Notes under the pieces: generated by a model
Seen by the model: only the letters and a program-made list of their open reading frames with translations
The model's database searches: none
What the model was told of the DNA's origin: nothing
Shown: piece by piece, positions 1 through 8,754 of the stretch
How positions within the stretch are numbered: position 1 is the first letter of the stretch
Layout of the letters: the number at the start of each line of letters is the position of its first letter
Position numbers and translations under genes: made by a program
From: Thermoplasmata archaeon
GTDB taxonomy: Archaea; Thermoplasmatota; Thermoplasmata; Thermoplasmatales; ARK-15
Length of the DNA: 64,000 bases
Assembly: GCA_039794005.1 (NCBI GenBank)
Contig: JBAMMA010000001.1
Coordinates: 32,001 to 96,000, forward strand
Direction: 5' to 3'

Positions 1-64
1 ACCTATACGAATATCACACCTGATTGCTACATCAATTAAATTTGGTAATTCCAAGGGATTTTAA
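1..64 (+). CDS. 3' end of a DUF99 (endonuclease V-like) protein, truncated by the window edge
   Basis: Frame from base 2 reads PIRISHLIATSIKFGNSKGF*, resembling the DUF99 C-terminal motif P(L/I)R(V/I)AHLIA...GES.G; not in the ORF track. Confidence 0.55.
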   Translation, partial: PIRISHLIATSIKFGNSKGF

Positions 65-600
65 TAATAGTCCAAGGATCTATAGACAAGCTCTGCCCTC
101 TTTTCCTTTAGGAATCTATAAATTGTTGAATGTTTGCTTCCCTGTAATAACATTTCTATTGATTTTCTTGCGAGTTCAATTTCTTCATATGTTCCGATTA
201 TTGAAACGGAATGTCCGTATACGGAAATATAAGTTCCTGATAATTCTTCTATGGTTTTTCTTGCTTTTCCATTTTCTCCTATTATTCTCGCCTTTGCATT
301 TCTAATTCTCTTTTCATTCTTCTTATAGTATTCCTTTAAGTTTATGGTTTCAAAGTAGACATCCTCTTCCCATATTTTGAATGCTCTTTGTGGCGAAAAT
401 CCTCTAGCTATTGCCCTTACAACCATTTCTGCCTTTAAAGACATCAAAGCGTCCGCATTTGAATCATCTATTTCAACATCACCACTATGGGAATCTATGT
501 ACAATTTTACGTTTGCCTTTTTTTCTATCAATTCTTTAATTTCTCCTTTTGTTCCAATCAATACACCAATTCTATTTTTTGGAACAGTCTGATATCTCAT
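61..600 (-). CDS. KH-domain RNA-processing protein (Dim2/Pno1 family)
   Basis: KH motifs RIGVLIGTKG and RIIGENGKARKTIEELSG, AIARGFSP; conserved aIF-1A/RIO1/KH gene order. Confidence 0.93.
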   Translation of the reverse strand: MRYQTVPKNRIGVLIGTKGEIKELIEKKANVKLYIDSHSGDVEIDDSNADALMSLKAEMVVRAIARGFSPQRAFKIWEEDVYFETINLKEYYKKNEKRIRNAKARIIGENGKARKTIEELSGTYISVYGHSVSIIGTYEEIELARKSIEMLLQGSKHSTIYRFLKEKRAELVYRSLDYY

Positions 601-1388
601 TTAAATATCCCCCATTGAATGTTATTTTTTATATCATTTTCATCTATTTTAAGACCTTTTCTATTAAAAAATTTTACTATATTCTTAATATCTTTATTCA
701 ATAATTCAATTGCCAACGGGTGGTTAATTGGCAATGCCTGAGAAACATCTATAAAATATGCTTTATTCTTATCTATTACTATATTATATTCGCTCAAATC
801 TCCATGAACTAGATGTGCCTTATTTACCATATTAAAAATGTTATTTTTAATTTGTTCATATATTTCATATAAATTTTCACCCCTGTAGTCCTTTAAAATT
901 GGAGAAATCGTTTTAGAAGTTCCTAGATATTGCATCAGCAAAGTGTTTCCCTTAAAAATTATAGGTTTTGGTACTATAACACCATTATTGTAGCATTCAG
1001 TTAAATTTCTAAATTCCTTTTGTGTCCAAACATAAATTAATCCTAGCTTGTTCCTTTTTATGGATTGAAATCTATAGTCACCCTCCATATATTTTATCAT
1101 CGAATTAAATGTAGATGTGGAAATCCTATAAATTTTTAAGGCATAGTATCTCCTTCCTTTCTTGGCCCTAAAAATATTAGCCTCCTTACCAATTTTTATG
1201 GGAAAATCTATTAAATCTATATAGTCATGTGTCATTAAATAATATATATTCATTACAGTTTTTCTGTCAAATACGTCATTCTCTACCTTTAATTTATCAT
1301 AGTCATTCTCAATTCTCTCAAATTTAATTCTATCTCGAACAAAATTAAAAGCCTCGTCGTAATTAATATCCTCCTTTTCCGAGAACAT
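597..1388 (-). CDS. rio1: RIO1-family serine protein kinase
   Basis: GKEANIF, ALKIY, LVHGDLSEYNI, FIDVSQA motifs. Confidence 0.93.
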   Translation of the reverse strand: MFSEKEDINYDEAFNFVRDRIKFERIENDYDKLKVENDVFDRKTVMNIYYLMTHDYIDLIDFPIKIGKEANIFRAKKGRRYYALKIYRISTSTFNSMIKYMEGDYRFQSIKRNKLGLIYVWTQKEFRNLTECYNNGVIVPKPIIFKGNTLLMQYLGTSKTISPILKDYRGENLYEIYEQIKNNIFNMVNKAHLVHGDLSEYNIVIDKNKAYFIDVSQALPINHPLAIELLNKDIKNIVKFFNRKGLKIDENDIKNNIQWGIFK

Positions 1389-1716
1389 CTAAAATCTCCG
1401 GTAATTTTTTATTTTTACTTAACCAATATACCTGTGTTGGTGTGTATCTATATACAATATCTCCTTTTTCATCCTGAAAATCCCAGGGTTTTACAATTAC
1501 TAAATCTCCCTCTTTTATCCATATCCTCTTCTTAATTTTCCCAGGGACTCTACACTGTCTTGATTTTCCATCTTCACACATTACAATCATTCTAGCAGCA
1601 CCTAGCATTTTATCTACAATCCCAAACATTTCACCATTCTCTTTTTTTGGCAGAGGTACCCTTTCAATATTTTCCTCTATAGATTCCTCGTCAATATTAT
1701 TTTCATCATCATTCAT
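1363..1716 (-). CDS. eif1a: Translation initiation factor aIF-1A
   Basis: MLGAARMIVMCEDGKSRQCRVPGKIKKRIWIKEGDLVIVKPW. Confidence 0.96.
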   Translation of the reverse strand: MNDDENNIDEESIEENIERVPLPKKENGEMFGIVDKMLGAARMIVMCEDGKSRQCRVPGKIKKRIWIKEGDLVIVKPWDFQDEKGDIVYRYTPTQVYWLSKNKKLPEILDVLGKGGY

Positions 1717-1810
1717 TGTTAATTTATTAAATTACATTGATATTTAACTTTATCGATTAGAAGATCTAAATCACAAAATATTAAAATAATTTATTGATAT
1801 TTATAAATTT

Positions 1811-2386
1811 ATGGTAAAATGCCCTGTGTGTGGTACTGAAAATCCAGATAATGCTATATTCTGCTTTAAATGCGGGTATAGATTTTCTGATAATGTTGAA
1901 ATGGAATCAGATAAGAGGGAATTAGAAGAAAATAAAAAGGAGAAATTAGAAAATTCAAATTTATTAGATGAGAAGTATAAAAAAATATATATTAATGCAT
2001 CCATTGCGTTCAGTTTTTCTTTAATATCTCTTTTAATTTTTTTAATTTTAACTACATTAAAAATTGCATCATTAATATATTTAATTTCTATGTTAAGTTA
2101 TTATGAATATATGGGAAATTTTAAAAACATTTATTATTCGGTTATATTAATAGATGTAATTTTAATAATAGTTTTTTTAATATTCCTGATAGGATCTATT
2201 ATAATGTTTTTGAGAAATTATGTGATATACCAAAAATTCATATCAAAAAATTTTAAGGAATGTTATAATCAAATTACTGAAAGTACAATTATTTTGTCAT
2301 TGATATTCGGTTTAATTGTAACAGGATTATTTTTAATATTTTTAAAGTTTGACCTAGAAGAATATATCAAATCATTAAATTTATAA
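1811..2386 (+). CDS. Zinc-ribbon domain membrane protein
   Basis: N-terminal CPVCG-x7-FCFKCG followed by three hydrophobic helices. Confidence 0.75.
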   Translation: MVKCPVCGTENPDNAIFCFKCGYRFSDNVEMESDKRELEENKKEKLENSNLLDEKYKKIYINASIAFSFSLISLLIFLILTTLKIASLIYLISMLSYYEYMGNFKNIYYSVILIDVILIIVFLIFLIGSIIMFLRNYVIYQKFISKNFKECYNQITESTIILSLIFGLIVTGLFLIFLKFDLEEYIKSLNL

Positions 2387-3217
2387 ATATTTTGGCCTTG
2401 TTTTCATGTATATTTCCTTTAGTGAATTTTCATCCACATGGGTATATATCTGTGTAGTTGAAATACTGGAATGGCCTAACAGTTGTTGTATAAATCTTAT
2501 GTCTGCACCGTTTTTAAGTAAGGTAGTGGCAAATGTATGCCTAAATGTGTGTGGTGTAACTTTTTTCGTTATTCCAGCCAGCTTAACATATTTTTTAACG
2601 ATCCTCTCTATATGTGTTGATGTAATCCTCATTTTTTTCTTACTTATAAACAAAGGTCCGGAAAACCTCTTTTCATTTTTCAAATATTCTTTTATTAATT
2701 CTATTACCTTTGGATCAATTATTACAATTCTATCCTTATCCCCCTTTCCTGATTTTATATGTATTATGTTATCATAAAAATCTATGTCTTCTATATTTAA
2801 AGAAACAAGTTCACTTACTCTTAATCCTGTATATGCTAAAGTCATCAAAATTACATAATCCCTAAAATTTGATTTTGATTTTTCCAATATTGCGGACATC
2901 TCCATTTCATTTAAATAGGAAGGTAACTTCTTTGATCTTTTAGGGGTATTTAATTTAGTTAAATCATTTCTTTTCATAAATTTAAAAAATGATTGCAATG
3001 CTTTCATGGATAAATATATGGATTGCTTGCTCATGTTTTTGTTAATTGATAGATATTCCTTATAATTTTCAATATCTTCAATGGTAATTTTTCCAATATC
3101 TTTACCATTTGTAAATTCCAAAAATTCTTTTACCAATGAAATGTATGTTTTAACCGTATTCTTACTTTTTTTCTCTCCCATCAAATAATTCTGAAATCTG
3201 TTTATAATATCTGTCAT
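2381..3217 (-). CDS. xerA: Site-specific tyrosine recombinase, XerA-like
   Basis: TGLRVSEL, GKGDKDR, TPHTFRHTFAT, LLGHSSISTTQIYTH (R-K-H-R-H-Y set); 278 aa with SAM-like N-domain. Confidence 0.88.
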   Translation of the reverse strand: MTDIINRFQNYLMGEKKSKNTVKTYISLVKEFLEFTNGKDIGKITIEDIENYKEYLSINKNMSKQSIYLSMKALQSFFKFMKRNDLTKLNTPKRSKKLPSYLNEMEMSAILEKSKSNFRDYVILMTLAYTGLRVSELVSLNIEDIDFYDNIIHIKSGKGDKDRIVIIDPKVIELIKEYLKNEKRFSGPLFISKKKMRITSTHIERIVKKYVKLAGITKKVTPHTFRHTFATTLLKNGADIRFIQQLLGHSSISTTQIYTHVDENSLKEIYMKTRPKYL

Positions 3218-3285
3218 ACAAATGTCTTATTATTATTTTAATATAAAAGTTTTCTCTGTTGATTATCCAAAATATAAAAATACTA

Positions 3286-3370
3286 TGCAGGGGGAGGGAT
3301 TTGAACCCTCGAAGTCCTACAACACGGGATCTTAAGTCCCGCTCCTTTGGCCAGGCTCGGATACCCCTGC
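3286..3370 (-). tRNA. tRNA-Leu, anticodon UAA
   Basis: Reverse complement GCAGGGG...CGGGA-CT-TAA-GA-TCCCG, long variable arm, GGTTCAAATCC T-arm, CCCCTGC-A; CCA not encoded. Confidence 0.96.
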
Positions 3371-4240
3371 CTATTTTTCCAATTTTTTCTTCAATAGCTC
3401 TGGAATGTCTTGCGGATAATTTGCAACTTCAACTCCTGCCTCGTTTAATGTTTTTATTTTTGATTCTGCAGTTCCCTTCCCTCTTGTAATTATTGCTCCT
3501 GCATGTCCCATCCTTTTTCCAGGTGGTGCACTTCTACCAGCTATGTAAGCAACAACAGGCTTTTTAAATTCATTCTTTATGTATTCAGCAGCCTCTTCTT
3601 CAGCTGTTCCACCAATTTCTCCTACCATCACTACTGCCTTTGTCTGCCTCTCTTTCTTTAATTCTGACAGTACATCCACAAAGCTTAATCCAACTATAGC
3701 ATCTCCACCTAGACCTATTACAGAACTTTCACCCATTCCAGCATCCGTTATTGATTTTACAATTTCATACGTAAGTGTACCAGACCTGGAGATAACCGCA
3801 ATGTTTCCTTTTCTAAATATGTGATTTGGCATAATGCCAATTTTTGTTTTTTCATGAACTACGGTAATTCCCGGTCCATTTGGTCCAATAACTATTGTAT
3901 TTTTAAGTTTTGCATCATTTATCATTTCCATAGAATCGTGTACAGGAACATGCTCTGTTAGAATGTAAATTATTTTAATGCCATGGTCTAATGCTTCATA
4001 AAATGCATCTTTCACATAAGGGGCAGGTACCGATATCATGGTGGCTTCAGGTTCTAAATGAAGGGTTTCTTCGACAGAATCAAAAACAGGTACTCCATTT
4101 ACCTTTGTACCACCTTTCCCCGGTGAAACTCCACCAACAACATTTGCTCCAAATTTTATCATTTCATTACTATGGAATGAAGCCTGATGACCAGTAATTC
4201 CTTGCACAATTATTTTTGTATCCTTCTTAATATAGACCAT
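3371..4240 (-). CDS. sucD: Succinyl-CoA synthetase alpha subunit
   Basis: IIVQGITG, IGPNGPG, SRSGTLTYE, GKRMGHAGAI (phospho-His); start at ATG 4240 after a GGGGTGA RBS. Confidence 0.96.
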   Translation of the reverse strand: MVYIKKDTKIIVQGITGHQASFHSNEMIKFGANVVGGVSPGKGGTKVNGVPVFDSVEETLHLEPEATMISVPAPYVKDAFYEALDHGIKIIYILTEHVPVHDSMEMINDAKLKNTIVIGPNGPGITVVHEKTKIGIMPNHIFRKGNIAVISRSGTLTYEIVKSITDAGMGESSVIGLGGDAIVGLSFVDVLSELKKERQTKAVVMVGEIGGTAEEEAAEYIKNEFKKPVVAYIAGRSAPPGKRMGHAGAIITRGKGTAESKIKTLNEAGVEVANYPQDIPELLKKKLEK

Positions 4241-4245
4241 TTTTT

Positions 4246-5361
4246 TCACCCCTTAATAATGCTATTATATATTTCAGATACCTTCTTAACACTATCTGGC
4301 ATATTTGAAAATGCATCTATGCCATTTTCCTTTAGTATTTGTCTTCCCTCTTCCTCATGTACTCCACTCAGCCTTACCACAATTGGAATATTTATATTAA
4401 ATTCTTTCTTGGCCATTACTATACCTTGAGCTACAGTGTCGCATTTAGTAACACCACCAAATATGTTTACAAATATTATTTTAGGATTTGCTTTTAAAAC
4501 AAGAGGAAATGCATTTTTAACGATATCGACGTTATCCGTTCCACCCAAATCCAAGAAATTTCTAGGTTTAAGACCATGTAAAAGAAGAGAATCCAATGTG
4601 GCCATTGTCAATCCTGCTCCATTTGCTAATACACCAATATCTCCATCCAATTCTACAAAGGAATAGTTTGCCTCTCTTGCAATTTTTTCCAATTCTGTTA
4701 AATCGTCCAAATTAATTGGAATATCTGGATGTCTAAACATTGAATCGCTATCAATTATCACTTTTGCATCTGCAGCTATCAAATTTCCCTCTTTTGTTAT
4801 AACTAAAGGATTTATTTCCACAAGCTCTGCATCGTATTCTTCAAATAATTTATACATCTTACTCAAAAGATCTGAAAATTGCTTCGCAAGATTATCTTTT
4901 AATCCCAATTTTTTCGTTAAAATCTTTGATATATATGGGTAATATCCATGAATTGGATCTACATGCTTCATAAATATTTTTTCCTCTGCAACGCTCTCAA
5001 TTTCAACTCCACCCTCATTACTTGCCATTATCAATGGCCTCCTTTTGCTTCTATCTATGGTAATTGAAACATACAATTCTTTATCAATATTTAATTTCCT
5101 TTCAATTAAAATATATTTAACCTTACTATTTTTTATTGTTTGAGAAAACAGGTCTTTTGCGAGATTGATTGCTTCTTCCTTGTTGTTGGCAAATTTAATT
5201 CCACCAGCCTTTCCTCTTCCACCAACTAAAACCTGAGCTTTTAATGCTGCTGGAAAAATATTATCTCCAATTTCCTCAGGTTTGCTAATTACATATCCAT
5301 CAGGAACCGGAATCCCATATTTTTTAAATAATTCTTTTCCTTGAAATTCATATAAATTCAT
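4246..5361 (-). CDS. sucC: Succinyl-CoA synthetase beta subunit
   Basis: MNLYEFQGKELF, KAQVLVGGRGKAGG, EINPL, NGAGLTMAT, NIFGG. Confidence 0.96.
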   Translation of the reverse strand: MNLYEFQGKELFKKYGIPVPDGYVISKPEEIGDNIFPAALKAQVLVGGRGKAGGIKFANNKEEAINLAKDLFSQTIKNSKVKYILIERKLNIDKELYVSITIDRSKRRPLIMASNEGGVEIESVAEEKIFMKHVDPIHGYYPYISKILTKKLGLKDNLAKQFSDLLSKMYKLFEEYDAELVEINPLVITKEGNLIAADAKVIIDSDSMFRHPDIPINLDDLTELEKIAREANYSFVELDGDIGVLANGAGLTMATLDSLLLHGLKPRNFLDLGGTDNVDIVKNAFPLVLKANPKIIFVNIFGGVTKCDTVAQGIVMAKKEFNINIPIVVRLSGVHEEEGRQILKENGIDAFSNMPDSVKKVSEIYNSIIKG

Positions 5362-5422
5362 CAATATCACCTTTTATACCAAAAAGGAATATTTAAATAA
5401 ATAATTTTTCATATACTTTAAA

Positions 5423-5710
5423 ATGGTTGTAAAAGATAAAATAGGAAGAAAAAGATACATAATATTATATGAAACGCCAAATTTTAATTCATTCTTAAGG
5501 CATATAAATGTTAAATCTAATATGAATGTTAAGATAGTTTATAGGGAAAACAAATTCTTAATTTTGCGTATAAATCATAAATTAAAGGAAAAATTATTAA
5601 ATTTAGCTAAAGAATATAATATTATAACAATAAAAACTACTGGAACAATTAAAAAAGCAAAAAAATTAATCAAAAATTATGAACGAATTAAAAATAAATT
5701 ATTTTTATAA
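5423..5710 (+). CDS. RNase P protein component 2 (Pop5/Rpp14 family)
   Basis: RKRYI near the N-terminus and TTGTIKKAK near the C-terminus; small basic protein. Confidence 0.7.
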   Translation: MVVKDKIGRKRYIILYETPNFNSFLRHINVKSNMNVKIVYRENKFLILRINHKLKEKLLNLAKEYNIITIKTTGTIKKAKKLIKNYERIKNKLFL

Positions 5711-5761
5711 TTTAATTTTTTTTTAAAAAATATTTTGTAAAACAATTACTTAATTTTTATC

Positions 5762-6949
5762 ATGTTAGATAATGTTTATGTTATCGAACTCGAAGATGAT
5801 GAAATAAAAGAAGAAATGAAAAAGATTGGTGTTGCGAATGAAGGAATTGAAATCATGCATTCAAAATCAAAATTTTATTTATTAAAAATAGAAAAGGTAC
5901 CATTAAAAGATGCCATAATATTGAAACAGGAAGCATTAAGTCTAGGAATGGATTGTGCATTGTCATGGAATGTCGTTTCATTAAAAACCGAATATTCAGA
6001 TGCACTGCTATTCGGGACTTTAAAACAATTCGACTTTTTAGCTAAAAAGATGTATATTCAGCCATTTCATGGGAGGGAAATTTCAGAATTAATTAATGAA
6101 TCCATTTACAATTATAATTTAAAGTTTAAGAAATGGAAAATGAAAGATAAATCTATAGAAATTAAGAATGTTAAAGTTATGGGTATTTTGAACATAACAC
6201 CAGATTCATTTTATGATGGAGGAGAATATTTTGAAAAAGAAAATGCAATTAAGAGAATTAAAGAAATGGTCGATGAGGGAGCTGATATAATAGATATAGG
6301 TGCAGAGAGTTCTAGGCCTGGATCGAAATCAATTGATGCTGACACAGAAATAAATAGATTAAAAAATGTAATTGATGATGCAGTATCAACAGGAATTCCG
6401 ATCTCAGTTGATACATATAAAAGTAAAGTTGCAGAATTTGTTTTAGAACATGGAGCCCAGATAATCAATGATATTTATGGTTTAAGAAAAGAGGGAATGG
6501 CAGAAATAATAAAAAGATACAGTGCTGGAATAATAATAATGCATATGAAGGGAAATCCAGAAAACATGCAGGAAAATCCCACATACAATGATGTATTATC
6601 AGAAACATTATCATTTTTAAAAGAAAGAATTAGGTATGCAATAAATGAGGGGATAAAGATTGATCAGATTTCCGTTGATCCCGGTATTGGATTTGGAAAA
6701 AATCTGGAACACAATATTGCAATTTTAAAACACTTGGAAATATACAAAAGTTTAGGAGTACCGATCACTTTGGGTCTTTCCAGGAAAAGTTTCTTGGGTA
6801 AATTAACTGGTTTAAATGTTGAAGAAAGACTCATTCCATCCATAGCATCAGCAATGTTTGCAGTTTTTAAGGGTGTTGATATACTGAGGGTTCATGATGT
6901 AAAAGAGACAAAAATTGCATTAAAGGTAATTGAAGGGATAATGAAATGA
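5762..6949 (+). CDS. folP: Dihydropteroate synthase with ~130-aa N-terminal extension
   Basis: VMGILNITPDSFYDGG, IDIGAESSRPG, MHMKG, DPGIGFGK, GLSRKS, LRVHDV. Confidence 0.95.
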   Translation: MLDNVYVIELEDDEIKEEMKKIGVANEGIEIMHSKSKFYLLKIEKVPLKDAIILKQEALSLGMDCALSWNVVSLKTEYSDALLFGTLKQFDFLAKKMYIQPFHGREISELINESIYNYNLKFKKWKMKDKSIEIKNVKVMGILNITPDSFYDGGEYFEKENAIKRIKEMVDEGADIIDIGAESSRPGSKSIDADTEINRLKNVIDDAVSTGIPISVDTYKSKVAEFVLEHGAQIINDIYGLRKEGMAEIIKRYSAGIIIMHMKGNPENMQENPTYNDVLSETLSFLKERIRYAINEGIKIDQISVDPGIGFGKNLEHNIAILKHLEIYKSLGVPITLGLSRKSFLGKLTGLNVEERLIPSIASAMFAVFKGVDILRVHDVKETKIALKVIEGIMK

Positions 6950-7350
6950 AATGCCCAGTTTGTTTACTAGAACAGAAACATTACGAAGGTGAAAAAGTTC
7001 ATGTCTGTCCATATTGTGATGCTATTTTAATATGGAGAGAAAATCGATATGTGAGATGGGAATCTGAAAAATGGTGGATTTCACATAGAAAACATGAAAG
7101 TTTAGGAGCACTTGAAACAGAATCCATGATATTCGAATTTAATTTTAAAGAAGTTTGGTATTTGAACAATTCATATAAATTGATTAAAAGAGAAAATGAA
7201 AGAAATGTAAAAAATGAAGAACATGTAAAATGGGTAGAGGGCATAATACCGCTTCTTCTTTTGCCAGGTTCTTCAATAAAGTATGAAATTAATGAAAATG
7301 AAATTATATTGCAAGACAGAGAGGAGTCATTTATTTTTAAGAGAATATAG
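6946..7350 (+). CDS. Hypothetical zinc-finger protein
   Basis: CPVC...CPYC N-terminus; ATGA overlap with folP. Confidence 0.6.
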   Translation: MKCPVCLLEQKHYEGEKVHVCPYCDAILIWRENRYVRWESEKWWISHRKHESLGALETESMIFEFNFKEVWYLNNSYKLIKRENERNVKNEEHVKWVEGIIPLLLLPGSSIKYEINENEIILQDREESFIFKRI

Positions 7351-7866
7351 AAGATCCTCTACCTTTTTTCTAAAATCCTCTAAAGTACCGTCATTTATTA
7401 TAAATAGGTCGGCCATTGCTATGACACTTCCTAATCCCCAATTTAATTCTCTCTCTTCCCTCTCTTTAAATTCATTTAGCGTTTTTGCATCATCCTCCCT
7501 GCCCCTTTTTTTTATTCTTTCAAATCTATCGCTTTCAGAAGATAGAATGGCCACTACTTTAATATTGTTTCCAAAATGTTTTTTAAAATATTCTATTTCT
7601 TCTTTATTTCTCACACCATTAATTACAATATCCTTTTTATCCTTTATTTTTTCCACTGTTCTTTTAGCCCAAACATCCATTCCATGTATTTTTCTTTCTT
7701 CATTTGCAATTTTACCTACATTTTGATTATTGAGATCCAAACCTTTTAATTTTGTATATTCCCTGACAATATCTCCCATACTAACTATTTCCATTCCCAT
7801 TTCTTTAGCCTTTTTTACAAATTCATCCTTTCCAGCTCCAGGCATTCCAACAATTATAATTATCAC
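7327..7866 (-). CDS. UPF0200 / dephospho-CoA kinase-like P-loop protein
   Basis: VGMPGAGK, SMGDIVR, GVR, RGREDD, RELNWGLG. Confidence 0.85.
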   Translation of the reverse strand: MIIIIVGMPGAGKDEFVKKAKEMGMEIVSMGDIVREYTKLKGLDLNNQNVGKIANEERKIHGMDVWAKRTVEKIKDKKDIVINGVRNKEEIEYFKKHFGNNIKVVAILSSESDRFERIKKRGREDDAKTLNEFKEREERELNWGLGSVIAMADLFIINDGTLEDFRKKVEDLLYSLKNK

Positions 7867-7890
7867 AAAAATAATAAAAATATAAATAAA

Positions 7891-8286
7891 TTAAAATTTT
7901 TCCATGATCTCTTTTATTTTATTTATATACCAATCTGGAATTTCAATGGGTTCAAACTTATCATTTATTGCAACTATTACAATGTTTCCAAAGGCAGAAA
8001 GTCTATTTTTTGTTTCATTAAAAATTTGAAATTCCATTTTAATGTGTTTTTTACCAATTTCTTTAATATCCATTGTAATTTCAGCTATTTCCAAGAATCT
8101 TAATGGATATTTGTAATTACATTCAGCATGTACTCTGGGGAATGATATTCCTGGCGTATTTAATTTATAAAAAATTCTAAATTCTTCTTCTGTCCTTTCA
8201 CATATTCTAAAAAAGTTAGAGAAATGCATTACTCCTAATGCATCTGTATCAACCCATGAAATTCTATATTTATATTTAAATGACAT
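7891..8286 (-). CDS. Hotdog-fold acyl-CoA thioesterase (4HBT/YbgC family)
   Basis: WVDTDALGVMHFSNFFR motif. Confidence 0.9.
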   Translation of the reverse strand: MSFKYKYRISWVDTDALGVMHFSNFFRICERTEEEFRIFYKLNTPGISFPRVHAECNYKYPLRFLEIAEITMDIKEIGKKHIKMEFQIFNETKNRLSAFGNIVIVAINDKFEPIEIPDWYINKIKEIMEKF

Positions 8287-8704
8287 TTTCTCTCTTAATT
8301 CTTTCAAAATTTTTCTTTAAAATTTCCATTAACTCTTTAATTTCCCAGTTATCTCCAACCATTTCATTAATCTGACTTTCAAATGTGGAAACATTGAATC
8401 CCAATGGTAGGTTTTTTAAAAAATTTTTAATATCCTGGACGATTGGATATTTACCACCAGAATATCTGTATATTAAATACAAAGGGACAAATGCTCTTTC
8501 ATAATCTTCGATCATCATATAATCTCCATGCAATTTATTCAGTATGACTAATAATTTATCTATCTCTGAATCTAAAAATTGGCTTGATATTATTATTCTC
8601 AAGATTTCATCAAGATTTTTCTTTGCTTCTTCGACCTTTTTTTCCTCAATTAATTTTCTGACGCTTCTTTCATATTTAGCCAAATAATCTGCTAAATCAA
8701 ACAT
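8276..8704 (-). CDS. Hypothetical helical protein, paralog of 13769-14200
   Basis: Ungapped similarity to 13769-14200 (AKKxLDE, LLVIL, DxKNxLKNxP, VGxNxE). Confidence 0.8.
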   Translation of the reverse strand: MFDLADYLAKYERSVRKLIEEKKVEEAKKNLDEILRIIISSQFLDSEIDKLLVILNKLHGDYMMIEDYERAFVPLYLIYRYSGGKYPIVQDIKNFLKNLPLGFNVSTFESQINEMVGDNWEIKELMEILKKNFERIKRENVI

Positions 8705-8754
8705 TCATCTCAACCTATTCAATTTTTGAAGAATATGAATATCTTATAATTTAT

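Noticed and set aside
2381-3370. Integrated element (integrase next to tRNA-Leu)
   Set aside because: The recombinase looks like housekeeping XerA, I saw no second copy of the tRNA 3' end, and core genes flank it
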